Origin: Bugula neritina
Taxonomy: Eukaryota; Animalia; Bryozoa
DNA: 64,000 nucleotides
Direction of reading: 5' to 3'
Assembly: GCA_964035545.1 (NCBI GenBank)
Contig: OZ037766.1
Span: forward strand, 28,379,673 to 28,443,672
Shown here: positions 13,654-28,500 of the stretch, piece after piece
Position numbering within the stretch: the stretch's first letter is position 1
Layout of the letters: each line of letters starts with the position of its first letter
Position numbers and translations under genes: made by a program
The notes under the pieces: generated by a model
The model's database searches: none
What the model saw: only the letters and a program-made list of their open reading frames with translations
Told to the model about the DNA's origin: nothing

Positions 13654-14780
13654 CTCACTTTCTACACTAAACAGCTAAACACCTACTTGGTTGATAGTAT
13701 ATTTGATATAAAAGGCTTTTTCAGCCTAAACAGTACATGCTGCTACATTTTTTACTATTTACTTTATTTATTTTTTATAAAGTTAAAGCTAATTTTTTTA
13801 TTTTGTAAATTTATTAATATTTATTTACAAAGTTTTTAATTCACATTATATAATTGAAAGATAGTATAACTTTTTTCAATAATAAAACTTAGTATCATAT
13901 TTATCAACTCAAAAACATCATATATAGGTGTTGTTTCAAAAAATACTTTGCCTAGTTATACTGCATATATATAGTAATATTTTTGGCAAATATATCAGTT
14001 CTAATAATTCGTAATAACTTTGCTGTTATTGAAAAAAAGCAAATTGTCATACACTTATTATTTTAAATTACTTGTACAAGCTTTTCCATACATTGCTGCA
14101 TCTTTTCAAGTTTGGTAGGTAAAATGTTTTTAAATTTTATTTCAAATGAAGCAATTCTTAAAAATTTATTTAAATATTCAAAAAATAAGTTGTGGCTACA
14201 AAACATAGCTACATGCATAAATTCAGAGAACAAATTTATTTTTATTGCTGCAATATTTAGCTGCACAATTTAACAACAAATTTGCAAACCTATAATATAC
14301 ATAGGGGACTGTAGGACTGCAAGATTACAAACTAGTTTATATAAATGTGGAATAGCTTAATGGTGTTTTTAAGAAAGAATGGTGATTCTTTTTATAACTG
14401 ATGAGGAAGAAGGAAAGATTTATAGTTGTACATGTATACATATAATTGCTTTGCACAACATTTTGTTTGCTGTTTGTACAATACCTACCCTTGTATATAC
14501 GTAGGTGTGTTTAATAGCAATTATACAATAATAAGATTTTTTCACAGTGAACCCAAAGTCAGCAAGTTAGTTGAGTCTGGTGAAAGCCTTCAAGACTATC
14601 AGCCTAGTGCAATAACAAATGTACATAAGCTTAGAACTTACTAGACGGCAGTTATGATCTATAAATTCAAGGTACTTGAAATGTTTGTATCACTTTTCAA
14701 GTTATATTGTTTTATATAAAGTATAATATTGATTTTTATAATACGACACTTGTAATATGAATATACATTATGTCACTGTT

Positions 14781-14886
14781 GCAGTGATTAAGCAGAATTT
14801 GCCATTCGAATCACACAGTCACTTTGATTTGACGTTACATGTTAAGTACAGACACAACTTTAATATTTTCAACAAGCATTTCATTG
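14781..14886 (+). other. Probable 5' non-coding exon of channel gene 2
   Basis: The block CAGTGAT..CAGAAT..GAATCACACA followed by a GTGAGT donor recurs at the same place upstream of genes 3 (~24715-24827) and 4 (~34801-34917). An AG acceptor lies just before each ATG. Confidence 0.5.
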
Positions 14887-15353
14887 GTGAGTGCTTTTAT
14901 ATGGCTACACATATATTATATTATGTTATAAGTGACATATGTATATTGTGTATCGTTTATTCTATTACAAGACTTTTATAAATGAAAAATTTTTCTTTAC
15001 AACAACTAGAATGTTCATGTAACATTTCATATATACTAATATTTTTAATTTTTTATTGAGCTAATGTATATAACCAGTTATATTTGAAGAACACATGTAC
15101 AACAAACTAAATTGTTATATATCTAAAATTTAAATAATCGTTTTTTTGGCAAATAACAACAAATCTACAAAACCACCTTTCAAATGCATCTGGTAGGTGT
15201 AAGGTAATTGAATCCGAAAGCTATTTGCAAATTTACCAAGTGGTTATATATACTCAGTACACTAAAAGTATTTGTGAATAATCTCAGTAGTGTTTTATAT
15301 GCAGTTTGGAAATTGCTGATTATATTATAATTTCTCCTCATCAAGATTGAAAT

Positions 15354-18300
15354 ATGGCAGCAGAGCAGAGCTTTAGCGATGAGTTGCACAATTTTACTCA
15401 AGAAACAACTATGCATGGCATAAGATACGTGAAAATGAAAGGGATTTCTATAATAAGAAGGTAAACTGACCTGCTAACTAATCATTAAGTAACTATAATG
15501 TATACAGCAAACATCATATTAAATAATATGTCTGCTCTTGCTTTTAGCCATTTCATATTCTTGAAAATGTTTTAATCACATTTACATTCTTTATTACATT
15601 TATTCTCACTATAGGATTTTGTAAATAGCCATACAATAAGTTTGAATTCATTTTCTCATAGAAGATAAATATGCTCTTTTCCTCTGGGGAATATTGTATT
15701 CAAGTATCTCCTTGAACAATATTCATGAACATTGAATCATAGGAAACAATTTTAGAAAGCGGAATTTATATCAGTGAAGCAGAATAATATCATGTGAAAT
15801 AGAACTAATTGATTTTTACTTATCACAGATACAAAACAAATACATAACAGCTCTTCAAAGTTATGAGTGTTATGTCTGTTAACAATGTTGTAAAACGTCA
15901 TTTACATCCTTCACTACAGTCGTATAGTGCAATTTAAGTTAACACAATACTACAATTGCATTATCGATAATCTTGCTAATATGATGCGTTGGAATTTTCT
16001 ATTTAATGTAAAATTGCATAAGTTTTAAATTAAACTTTGTGGAACATGCATACCTAATAAGAATGTAAATTAGTAAAGTTATCACCTAAAAGTGTGTAGG
16101 ATAACATTGCCAGCTTCCCCATCGGCTTCATATCTGTATATACTTTCATATTCTATATTGAAAATTGTTGCATCCGTTACGAGTTATTAGTTAACCATTT
16201 TGGTGACAAAGCTGCATCGAAAAACTTTTAGCTGAAATGAAAGAAAGACTTGTAAAATATACATTACAATTGCTTTATTCAAGTCATGACTTTAGTGTTA
16301 TACCCATGTGATTATGACAATTAATTACAGCTTTTAGTAGCTGAGAGCTAAAAAGAGTCACTTTGATAAATTGAACCTGAGCTTCTCATCTTCTATAAGA
16401 ACATTCAGCAAAGTAGAAATTTATTTTCCATTAGTATTTCGTATTTTATACACAATTTTTATTGTGTAAATTGTGTTTGTCATAATGAACAAACTATGTG
16501 CAAATATAATTACACATATTTTAACTTTGATTATGGCCATTAATGCACGCTTACAATATGGTTTGCTGAACTTGCCGTGAAAGAAAATGCTTGCAGAAAA
16601 ATTTTAATCTTAACTGCTAAAAAGTAATTATCTAGCACCTGAACAATTATAGGCTTCTATATTGTATATTATTGTTATTGTTGAAGTAAATCAAAAAATT
16701 ATTAAAAGCAACATACATATAGAAGTCATTCTTTTACCTGATATCTTTTTGCTTTCAAAATCAATTTTTCACAATTATATGTTGTTGTATCTTTAGAGTA
16801 ATGTGGACAGTGATTATTCTCTCCATGCTAGTGTATTTTTCTTATGCTGGTTTCAATTTCTTTGACGACTATCTTAAAAAGAGAGTCAGCACTAAAATAA
16901 AAGTAAAGAGTGCAGATGAATTGCAGGTAAATAAATATTGTTTATATACTATTTAATACGTCAGGGTATAATGCTAAAACTTGAATTTTTATTAATTTGT
17001 AGTTAGAACTTTAAACTTGAGCAGATTTTTGCAAATATAAATTATTAGGCTACTGGTGCTTGTAAGCCTATTCATTTTCTGTGGTGACTATTCAAATGTA
17101 TTAGCATTTCATGTGCATATATTACTTTATATTCTAATTGGTCACGTATATGAATGTTAAGATTTAATTTGTAGTTAGTTATATATGTTGCAAATCAGTT
17201 ATGCAGTATTTGAAGACAAGTGTGCATGAGTAGACAATTTCTAATGTAAACTTTTAAATTAGACAGATTTAATTGGCACCAGAAAATACTATTAGAACGT
17301 TTAGTCTAAGCAGACAACTAAAATTTAGTGCTTCTTTTGCTTGCAAAACTCTTCCTTGGCTAAATTTAGACTAAAACACTTATAGTAGGTCAAATAATAT
17401 TTTCTATTTGAAAACTATATTTAAATGTTTTTTTCAAAGTCAATATATATGTATTATAGCAGTTTTAACTCAGCTTATTTGATACACAGTAGTTTTCATA
17501 GCTTTATTTATAGAAACATAACGGTAAATAGTGACAATATTATATGTTTAACTATTAAAAACTGTTAAATTCCAATAATAATCTTACAGACAAACTCAGA
17601 TGTTTTGCTAAATATATGGCTACATATTGAACTGAGGAAGTTGTAGAGTAACTGAATAAAGATGACCTATTGGAAAATAGTGAAGATTTATGATGATATG
17701 TTATTGTATCTGTGCTTTATTACATTTAGAGGTTGTTGGCATTGCTCTTGTGAACTTATAAGTGGCAATGAGCAGACAACCACTAACTTACCACCACATG
17801 CAATCTCCTAACCTCTCTATAGAAAGAAAAAAGGCTTTACGTGTTTATATTATAACACTTTCATTTCTTGCAGTTTCCTGCTGTCACAATATGCAACAGA
17901 AACTACTGGAAAAAGTCAACGGTTGAACACGCTGAATCGCTGCCACCAGAAATGGTAGAACTGTTCAAGGAGATGTTACGAGATGTCTACGTACCACAAA
18001 GTCAGCTGCCACCACCTGCTGACAAGTGAGTGCAAGTATGACATCATTTTGACAAAAATAGTTTTAAAATATCAAACTGAGAATTCGCAATTTGACTGTA
18101 GTTAATGAATGAATAATGTTTTAAAGCATCATTTATTAAGAGACATAAATTAGGTGGGTAGTCATTTACAGTGACTTGAAATACATAAACCGGCAACTTA
18201 TAGTAACTTTCTTCTTATTAAATAGGTACAACTGGAGTGATCCCCTGCTTCAAATTTATACATATGAAGGACATGATGTTGAGGCTCAGCTGAAGATGAT

Positions 18301-21300
18301 GGCCCACACACTGAATGAGACGTTCAAAGCTTGCTATGTAAACAGTGCAAGTGTCTCTTGCCAGGATCTTTTTGTACAAGTGAAAACAGATGCAGGTGCT
18401 TTCAAATTTATATACGTAAGATAACACACACATACACACACGCGAACGTACGCACACTCAAAGGCATACACATACACATACACCTATACCAATTATATAC
18501 ATATGCATACACATAAACATACATAACATCGACCTATTCGATATATCTGTATTCACATAAACTTTACACAATTTCATATAACAGTGTTGTAAGGTTTTTC
18601 ATGAACTGACGGCTGCTATACAAAGGAATACTAAAAATATGTAATACCTTCTAGCAACATTAGTGTAATGTAATATTTATATATAGATATACAGTGCCCG
18701 GTAAAATGGCATAAGTAAAAATGGCACAGCCAATAATGGCACAAGTGGCAATGTAGGTAAAATGGCACATTTTCAATATTAGGATTTTGGTGGGGGTGGG
18801 GGTTTGAGTTTGGGGTTTGGATTTAAGGATTGGCTGTTTAGGTTTCGAGTGAGGGGTTTGGGAAAATTTAACATCAGTGTGCCATTTTAACTACTTTTTC
18901 CATTTGTGCCATTATTACCTGTGCAATTTTTACCGTGGCATTTTTACCCAAAATTATAGATATAGATCAATCTAATATATTTGCACTAACATTAATACAT
19001 ATAGAGCATGAACATATAATAACATATAATAATATATTAAACATGCGTACCTATACTACTATTATAACATACCACAAGTGTAGGTATGCTGCTGATATAA
19101 TTGTTATATTTAGAATATATGATGCTATAAATGTAATAGATGTCACTAAAACCATATTCTATGAAAAATAATATGTACATTAGAAAGCACATGCTATAAT
19201 TATAGTACATTGTATTGAAGGCATATGCTATCAGTTTAATGGAGATGGAAAGTTTTACTCCCATGCATCTGGTTTAAGTGGAGGAGTTCAGTTTGTAATG
19301 GATACTCTGACTCATGAGTACTATATCGGACCTTTCTCTTACTCAGAGGGATTCTCGGTATGTCATCTTTATAGCATTCAAACAAATATGAGTAAACAAA
19401 CCCATAGCTGAAGAAGCGAAATACTAGTTGATGCACATATTAACTATATCAATGTTAGGTATATTTAAATACACTTGACGATCGCATCACTATAAAAGAC
19501 TTGCAGTGTAATTTTCCTTCTCTCTTGAAATCATATAATTGTAGGTTTATTTAGCATAATTTTAGCTCATTGAATTAATAGCGTTTATTTAATACATATT
19601 ATTGCTAGATTATGTACGAAGGTATAATAGATATCAATTTTAGGTTTTAAAAAGCTTCAACTAAGCTAACTAAAGTTTTAGCAATTTCTCAATCAATAAT
19701 TTCAAATTGGGTTGAAATTTGGCATTTTCTTCAAATATTATTTTTAAATTGTATTTTTTAAATTTTAAGTGCTGAAAAGTTATTGGTATTATAAAATTTT
19801 GTCAAGGTTTTTTAGAGACCAACTTTCGGTAGATAAGTATATAAGTATGATGGGTATAAATTATAATAATAATTTTAAATTTTGTCTGAATAGAAACTCT
19901 TTGGTAAAACATCTATTTTGAATCCAATACAAAAAATAAGAACTTTCATTATGCAAACTTAATTGTGAAATTTGAATAGTTTTATTTTGATCAACTTTAT
20001 TTTGCTTCAAATTGTAGATTGTAAAAATTAAAACTTAAAATTTTTGTTTTCGACTTTAATTATTGAAAATAACAAACTATTTTTTACTTGATAATAATAT
20101 GGTGATATAAAAAGTTGCAATCCAAATAATTAAGTAAGTACTAAATAAGCAATTAAATAAATAACTGACTAATAACTGTTACTCAGTGATACTAAATAAT
20201 TTTACTCGGTTACTTTTGTAAACGTATAATTATCAGAATGAATAACTTGATATCATCCACGCAGTTTTCATACCTTATGGTAATATTTATCAAGCAACTA
20301 AGCTGGCTATACTTACAGATTGCTATACATGAACCTGGAGAAATCCCATTAGTATCAGAACTCAGCTATGGATTAAAGACAGGAGCAGAAACTATTATGA
20401 CTCTTCATAAGAAAATAGTAAGAGAAAATATATATATATATATAATTATTTTGCATTAAAGAAAATTAAAATTTGTCTCTCATGTGTTGAGCTTTCAATA
20501 AAGTTTGAAAAAAACATTTTAAGATGACAAGGTGTTGAAACAGTTTGGTGGTGCTGATATACTGTAGTACCAATGGCAATACTTTTTTATATGCCAGAGT
20601 TACAAAAGTTTGGCAGTGTCAATGTGTGGTATAGGTGTCAATGTGTGGCAAGTGTCAATGTGTGACAGGTGTCAATGTGTGGCAAGTGTCAATGTGTGAC
20701 AGGTATCAATATGTGGCAGATGTCAATGTGTGGCAGGTGTCAACGTATGACAGGTGTCAATGTGTGGCAGGTGTCAAACTTTTATAGACTTCTATAGACT
20801 TTTATAGTTAGTTGTGCAGCTGGTGACATATGCCAATGTATGACAGGTGTCCGAAGTGTGATACAGTGTTGGTTAGCTAGTTTTTCAGCTGGTGACAGCT
20901 CTGTTTTGTTTTTGTTTATAAGACTGAAAGACAACCTCCACCAGCGGATGACAACCAAGCAGACTGTTTTGATTCAGAGAATCTGCCTAACCCTCTACAT
21001 TACTACAGCACTTACTCCTACTCTGCTTGCTACTACGAGTGTCAGATATCTTATGTACTCAATCAGTGTGGCTGTGTTGACTTCCTTCATCCTCGTAAGT
21101 TTAGTTTATGTTGCTGTCAACCTTGAAAATTGAAAAAATGTGCATGCACTTGCTATACATTATGTTGCGTGTGTGTGCAGATTATGCTAAGTAGATATTG
21201 ATTTTGCTGTATAGTATTCTTTTTTGAAGCAATTTCTATATGATTCAATTACATAGTTTCGGATAAGCCAAAAGAGCCTGAATTAAAGTAATTTTAACCA

Positions 21301-23523
21301 AATAATACACATGTATTGCAGACTTTTATGCAATTATTCTATTCCCTTGTAATTTTTCAAATAATATATATATGGTTTGCATTTTAAATCATGCCATTAT
21401 TTGTGATATGTATTTAAATGCATTTTATCAGCTTAAGAAAAATTTTGTAAATATAAGGACGATTTTTGTAAAACTAGTTTTAACAAATGTTTTTGACCCT
21501 AAGAATATAGACTTATCTTCTTTGTCTCTTAATTTGCATCAGTTTCTTTGAAGTTAGAGCTATTAGGTAAGCAAATTTATGAAGTTTTGTTATTGTAGCT
21601 TTAAATGGCTCCAGTATATGCGCCATTGACCGGGTTCTGTTCTGTGCAGCACTGGCAAAGCGTAAGTTAAGAGTTCTTTATGTAGCTATAACTAAACAAA
21701 AATATAGAGCAAACAAATCTGCTTATTAAAATGCATCTAATCATAAATGTACATGACTGCAAGTGTTGATAATTATAATATAGAGATCGTATGAAATATG
21801 TATTTCACTTGCACCTAATAGTTTATTATTAAAGTCTAACATACATTTCACGGAGGTTGTACTTTTCACTAAAAACCATATTTTACTCTTTAACCATTCA
21901 CAATATTGAGCATTTAAAATTTCAAAAACTTGTCATAATTTGATAATAAGTATACAACAGATTACTAACAGTGCAAGACAACATAAAACATAAGTTTTTG
22001 TTTTCTATTCATAAGGTCCCACCTGCGAAATGTCAGGCTTTGTATGTTTGCTATGCATAGTGTAATTTAGACAGTGATTATGTGACCTATATTACCATTT
22101 TAACCAATCACATTTCAGGTGAATTTCTTGCTAACTCAAAGCATCTGAAAGGCTGTGGCTGCACCTCAGCCTGTAATGAGGTTCAGTATACTGCTAAAGT
22201 CTCCAGCTACACTTTTCCTAGTGACAACTTTGTAGAGGAGAAAAAAGGCTATTTTAATAGTAAGTTTTAATCAGTGCATGCACTTAGTTCTAAACCTGAA
22301 TAGTCTAGGTAAATTTCGATACTCTAAGAGCTATTTATAAAAGACCATAAACAAGATAATATGTTGAATATATTGCAATACTTTTATAACACTTTCATTT
22401 CAATGGTTTCTTGCAAAATAAATATGTTTATATAAAACTTAATGTGTTTTAAATGCCAAATGACATCTATGATGCATCTAGGAAATTGTATGTCAATTTT
22501 TAAAGTTAAAATATGTTATCAATATAGGCTACTTGAGCTCTTTATAGCAAGCAATATCGTTTTGGGCTAAACTTTATAACATTATAACACTTTCTCTGAA
22601 ATAATTTATTTTCATTTGCTATGCAACATGTCGTTGGTTTACCTCACATACAATTGACTTTTGTATATTCTTATCACCTTTTCATAATAATTATTCTTAT
22701 TATTGCTATCGCTGATAAAAGCATATTAATACATTGAACAGACAACTCCCAAAGACATAGCTGCCATTGAAACTAAAGTGTATTTTTTCTATAGTGACTG
22801 GTGACTACATGAGAAAGAACTTTGTTGGAGTCACCATCTATTACAATCACATGTCTTATGAACTTCTGAAGGAAACCGTCACATACAGTATCTTAGACAT
22901 GTTTGGTAATACTAAATATTATATAATTAATAATTTAATCAATTAGATAAAGTATACTAAAAATAAAAGAATAAATAAAATTAAATTGATTATAAAGACT
23001 AAATTTAATTTTATTTCCTTACACTATCTTTGTCCTATTGCTCTCTGACATAGCATGATAAAGCACTTTAATAATAAGATTTTTATCACATTTATACTTA
23101 TATATAATTGGTATATTATAATATACTTCTCAAGTTCTGAAATATACTGAATGGAAAAGATTTTAACTGTGTGTTTTAAGTTATTTGGGTTTTAAGTTTT
23201 TTTTTTATTTAAAAAAGGTTTTGCTGCTAAATGTACAGAGCAATTTTTTTTAAATTACAGCGAGTGTTGGTGGGACAGTAGGCGTGGCTACAGGAGCCAG
23301 TTTGCTGACTCTGGTTGAAATACTGGAGTTCATAATGATGTCAGTAGCTCGGGTGATAAGCAGAAGAATTGATAACAGAACTCCTGTCAAAGCTTTCAAG
23401 AACGCTGTTGAAGATGTCCAAACAGAGAAGCCACAGCTAACAGCTGACCAAGCAGTTGTTGATAACACAGACAACTGGGCTAGAGAGAAGTTCAAGAGTT
23501 ATGATAACTTGAGACTCTCTTAA
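15354..23523 (+). CDS. DEG/ENaC gene 2, ~514 aa; exons 15354-15460, 16797-16926, 17874-18025, 18226-18395, 19221-19357, 20319-20417, 20923-21094, 21599-21661, 22119-22259, 22795-22905, 23261-23523
   Basis: Same exon phases and near-identical exon sizes as gene 1 (1545 nt). Motifs TTMHG, FPAVTICN, GICYQFN, and TM2 VGGTVGVATGASLLTLVEILEF. Confidence 0.93.
18692..18954. mobile_element. Non-autonomous foldback/Mutator-like MITE
   Basis: Left arm of repeated (A)AATGGCAC units starting GGTAAAATGGC and right arm of inverted GTGCCATT units ending TTTTTACC, with a GGGGTTT-rich core. Flanked by the direct repeat TATAGATATA (18682-18691, 18955-18964). Not seen in the same intron of genes 3 and 4. Confidence 0.65.
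20615..20778. repeat. Minisatellite, 17-bp unit GTGTCAATGTGTGRCAR
   Basis: About 9-10 tandem copies in intron 6 of gene 2. Confidence 0.85.
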
Positions 23524-23987
23524 AACAATATGGCAGTAGTTCAAAATAAAAACACTTCATTTGAAGATACATTTGTTTGTTTCTATTAGTTTTAACAGTG
23601 GTATAAAGTATAGATTTGTAAAAAACACTAGTAACATATCATTCAGCAAACACGTCCAGTCATAATACATATAGTCGTTTATAGTCATTTATATTTTAAA
23701 GCAATTGTAAGTAGTTGCTGTAATGGATAGAAATAAATAAGTTCTTTTTTATATTATTTTATGTGTGCTGTTTTTAAAAGTAGTTTTTGTCATTAACATA
23801 AAAATATTTTTAATTATTTTGTAAATTTGTAATTATATCTCAATTGTGATACTTATAAATTGTCAAACTTAATTATTAAATTGTAAATAAATCTATCAAC
23901 TGGCTATATTTAGCAAGCAATACTTGTCGAACTGTTGCCTGAAAAACTATCACTGTTTTAACTTTGGTTTAATTCAATAGTTTAACT

Positions 23988-24124
23988 TTATTGACTTATA
24001 GGAGTGGTGCTGTTTCGTTTCTCTAGTGCTTCTACTGTAACATATAGCCAGCAAAGCCAACTACCAACATTCCAATTAGTATACACACTTTGACAAGCAA
24101 GCAAAATTGGCTTAATTGATAAAC
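23988..24124 (-). pseudogene. Degenerate fragment of the UNC-93-like terminal exon
   Basis: Aligns by eye to 43149-~43278 (TTATTGACT..GGTGCT..CGTTTCTCTAGT.CTTCTACTGTAACA..AAAGCCAACTAC..CCAATTAGTATA.ACACTTTGAC) with indels. Confidence 0.8.
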
Positions 24125-24864
24125 AATGGTTTGTAGTCATGAAAATGTATTTTTATGACTATAAAAATAACAAAGCTTAAAAAAAATATTTGAAAACGTT
24201 TTAGCTACAAATAAAATACTTAAATAAAACCTTGAAAGATCAAGTACTTTAAGTTTTATGTAAAACATGTAAAATAGCTTAACAGTGAATTAAAAGGAAA
24301 ATATTTAAAAAAAGGATGGCAATTTCATTTTCAAGTAAAATAATCATATTTTTAAAAATAACAGTTTAAGAGAATTTGGTAAATAATAATTGCCTATTTT
24401 GTTATTTAAAGGCATCAGCATGCCGTGCCTTCACAAATATTTTGCAGATATATGTAATAGCATTTATTACATAGATAATATAGGAAACGCAAATCTAACA
24501 CATTAATTAAATAGTTGATGCTCAAAATTATTAACATGGTTTATATTAACTAACGTAAATATTAGCTAAGAAGGTACTTGAAAGCAGTTATCCTCTATAA
24601 ACTACTTAGAATACATGTATCTTTTTTTCTGTATTATACTGTCCTTCATAAAGTGGAATATTGATTTTTATCTGAGACATCTAAATGTAATTTCATTTTC
24701 CCATGTGCTGCACTGAGTGATCCAGCAGAATTTGTTATCTGAATCACACAATTACACTGGTTTGTTGTTAGATGTAAATAAGTGTAGGAGCAGCTCCAAG
24801 AATTTATTAAAAGTATTATTTTCTATAGTGAGTATTTTTGAATGATTATATATCTATCTATCCA

Positions 24865-25143
<279 letters not shown>

Positions 25144-25509
25144 ATAATTGTCAACCTGGTTAGAGATGCAGCAAAGCAGAGTGCTCACTATCACTGGTGA
25201 TAAAGCTAATAATATATACTATAGTGCTCCAGATTGTGAAAGTCATCCGTATAATATGCATATATTTTATTTAATAAGAGTCTCACAGAATTAAATAGTT
25301 TTGCACTGTGAACTGCATTAAGTCTATACATCAAATCAAATATCAAAGCTGTTTTCGCATTGTACTTTCTTTTCTTGAGAGTTACTAATTATTTTATAAC
25401 TTTTTTTGTGATTATATTATTATATTATTATTATATATTATTATATTATTATTATATATTATTACATTCTTCTGATTATATTATAATTTCTCCTCATCAA
25501 GATTGAAAC

Positions 25510-28500
25510 ATGGCAGCAGAGCAGAGCTTCAGTAATGAGTTGCACAATTTCACTCAAGAAACGACTATGCATGGCATAAGATACGTGAAAATGAAAGGGA
25601 TTTCTCTTGTAAGAAGGTATAATAACTTGTCACAAAGTATGCAGCTAACATTATTTAAAGTTTTAAATAGTTTTATTTATGTATTATAGATATTATATGA
25701 CGAAATGTGCTGAAAGTATATTTAGTCATAAAATCAAAGCAAATTGCACCTTTTGAATTCGCTTCATTTACCTGTTTTGCGATCTTCATTATGTTTACTC
25801 ACATAGGATTCCGTAGATTGTCGTACAAACTATGTCTGTCCAGTTTCTCATAGAATATAGCATTACTTTTGTCCCTTAGGGAATCCTGTATTCAAGTGCT
25901 TTTCTTAACGTTATTCATAATTATTTAATCAAACGAAGCGGTTTTAGAAAGTAGAAATTGCATCTGTAATGTGGAATAAGCTCATGTGAAGTGAACTAAT
26001 AATTGATTTTTGCTCATTAAAGATACAAAACAAATACACAACAGCTCTTCAAAGTTATGAGAGATGCATCTAATAACAATATTATATAACTTTATTCACA
26101 CCATTTACTATACAATTGCATAGTGCTGCTTTAATTACTATAATACTGCATTTTTAATATAAGTATGCTAACGTATATTATGCCGTAAAGTCATGTATTT
26201 ATCACAAAATTACAATCGCGTGTGTACACGTTTTTTTCAATAAAGACCTGTGGAATAAAATACCCAAAAGTCATGTGAATTTATGTAAATTATACATTTT
26301 ATTTTTAAAGTGAAGGGAAAATGTTAGTTATAAAAAATAGCATATATCTAAAAGCTCTTTGAACTTCATATATATACTTTTGCTTTCAAAATTAACTCTA
26401 AACTGAGGCTCGCAGCATCATTGTTGTTTTATTCACCATATTATGTTTTTGTTTCTTTAGAATATTGTGGACAGTAATCATTCTCTCCATGCTAGTGTAT
26501 TTTTCTTATGCTGGTTTTAATTTCTTTGACGGCTATCTGAAAAAAAGAGTCAGCACTAAAATAAAAGTAAAGACTACAGATGAGTTGCAGGTAGGCGAAT
26601 TTAATATAATTTGTAATATTTAAGATATAAGAATATTTCTATTGGTGCCTAACTTCACTAAAGTTTTTTATAATTTTTAAATATATAGTAACTTAAACAT
26701 TCTTTTGCTAATAAAGATTGCTGTTGGTTTTTATAATTACACTAAGCTATTGTATAGTACGTTTAATCTATCGTATTAACATAACATAACATAACATGCC
26801 TGTTGCTTGGATGAGCATATGTATATAATTATAATTTGTCACATAAAAATTTAAAGATAAGCAGTAAATAGTTTGTATGTTAATTTTCTAATATGCAAAA
26901 ACAATTCTGCCTGCATGCATGGACAATTTGTTTTTTTAAATGTAAACTCTTTTGGGTAATGAAATGTAATGAAAAAAATATGCCCTTAGATGTATAGTCT
27001 GGCAAACAGCCAAACTTGAGTGCACTTTTTATAAAATATTTCTCAAGCTCAAAAGATTGTATTCAACTACTTTTCAAAAATAAATTTGTATTTTAATGAT
27101 AGTTTTTAACTCTGTTTATTCGGCGATTATAATCCCTAAAAAGTGCGCCTATAAATTAAGTTGTAATGAATAAATAAAAGCAATTTTATATATAACTAAC
27201 TGGCTATGATTATATATAGGCTATAAAAATTATGTTAATTGATATTACAACAGAAAAAAACTATGAGTGTGTTTTTGCCCACACACTTTGAATTGAGGGC
27301 ATGATAATGCTACTAAGTTTTATTCTGGATGAGTATGGCCTACTAGATATTGAAAATAGATGCACTATATGAGTATATATGCAAAAGTAATAATTATGCA
27401 CTAAGTTGTTTTATAAAATATTTGCAGCGGTTAAACATGGCAATGAACATAGTCAATACCAATTTGATGAGTTTAGTAAGGTAGTCTTTAAGTAATACTG
27501 CACATTGAATTAATACAATAGTTAACTAACATCTGCCTCTACAGCAACAATTTATATGTACATTTGTATGTGTTGTAGTTTCCTGCTGTCACAATATGTA
27601 ACAGAAACTACTGGAAAAAGTCAGCAGCTGAATATGGTAGTGATTTCTTGTCACCAAAAGTAACGGAATTGTTTAAGGAGATGTTGCGAGATATCTACGA
27701 ACCACAAAGTCAGCTGCCTCCACCTGCTGACAAGTGAGTGCAAGTATGACACCATTTTCACAAAAAAGATGAACAACGTAGAATTTTCAAGTCAACTGCA
27801 GTTATTGAAGAAAAAATATTTTAAAGCATTTCAAGCATAAATTCAGTCTGTGTAGCCACTGAATATAACTTGAAATACATAAACTTGCAACTTATAGTGA
27901 TCTTCTTTCTACGGAATAGGTACAACTGGAGTGATCCCCTGCTTCAAATTTATACATATGAAGGAATTGATCCTGATAGTCAGCTGAAACTCATGGCACA
28001 CACACTGAATGAGACGTTCAAGGCTTGTTATGTAAAGAGTGCAAGTGTCTCTTGTCAGGATCTGTTTGTACAAGTGAAAACGGATGCAGGTACCAATAAC
28101 AAATTTATAGTTCATGTGCTGCAATTTTGCATGTTATAGCAATTGCTATCAAAGTGAGTGTTTTTTGGCATATAATTAGGGTTTTAAACTAAATTGAACT
28201 AAACAGAAAAAAAAATTAGATTAACTACTGAATTTAAAGCATAAAGTATTAAAATCATTCAAAAGTCACCATATAAGTTTTACTAATTATAATGTTGTGA
28301 CAAAGTATCAAAATTATCACAATTTAAAATCTATGGAAATAGGAAATTGTTATAATTTTGCTTGTTATTAAATATGAATTTTGCAGCATAAAATATGAGT
28401 GTCATTAAAATTACCAATTATAGCTATTTTTATACTTTTACTAAATTTGTGTTTTATTTTCTATAAGCTTTAAAGCCCATATATCATCCTTATATACTTT

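Noticed and set aside
14398-14420. Other CTGANGA motifs (e.g. ~1792, 14398, 44964)
   Set aside because: No stem II/GAAA/stem III arrangement, so not hammerheads.
18780-18865. Telomere-like G-rich tract
   Set aside because: Degenerate and internal to a TIR element; not an interstitial telomere array.
23250-23495. 81-aa antisense ORF repeated three times
   Set aside because: It is the shadow of the near-identical exon 11.
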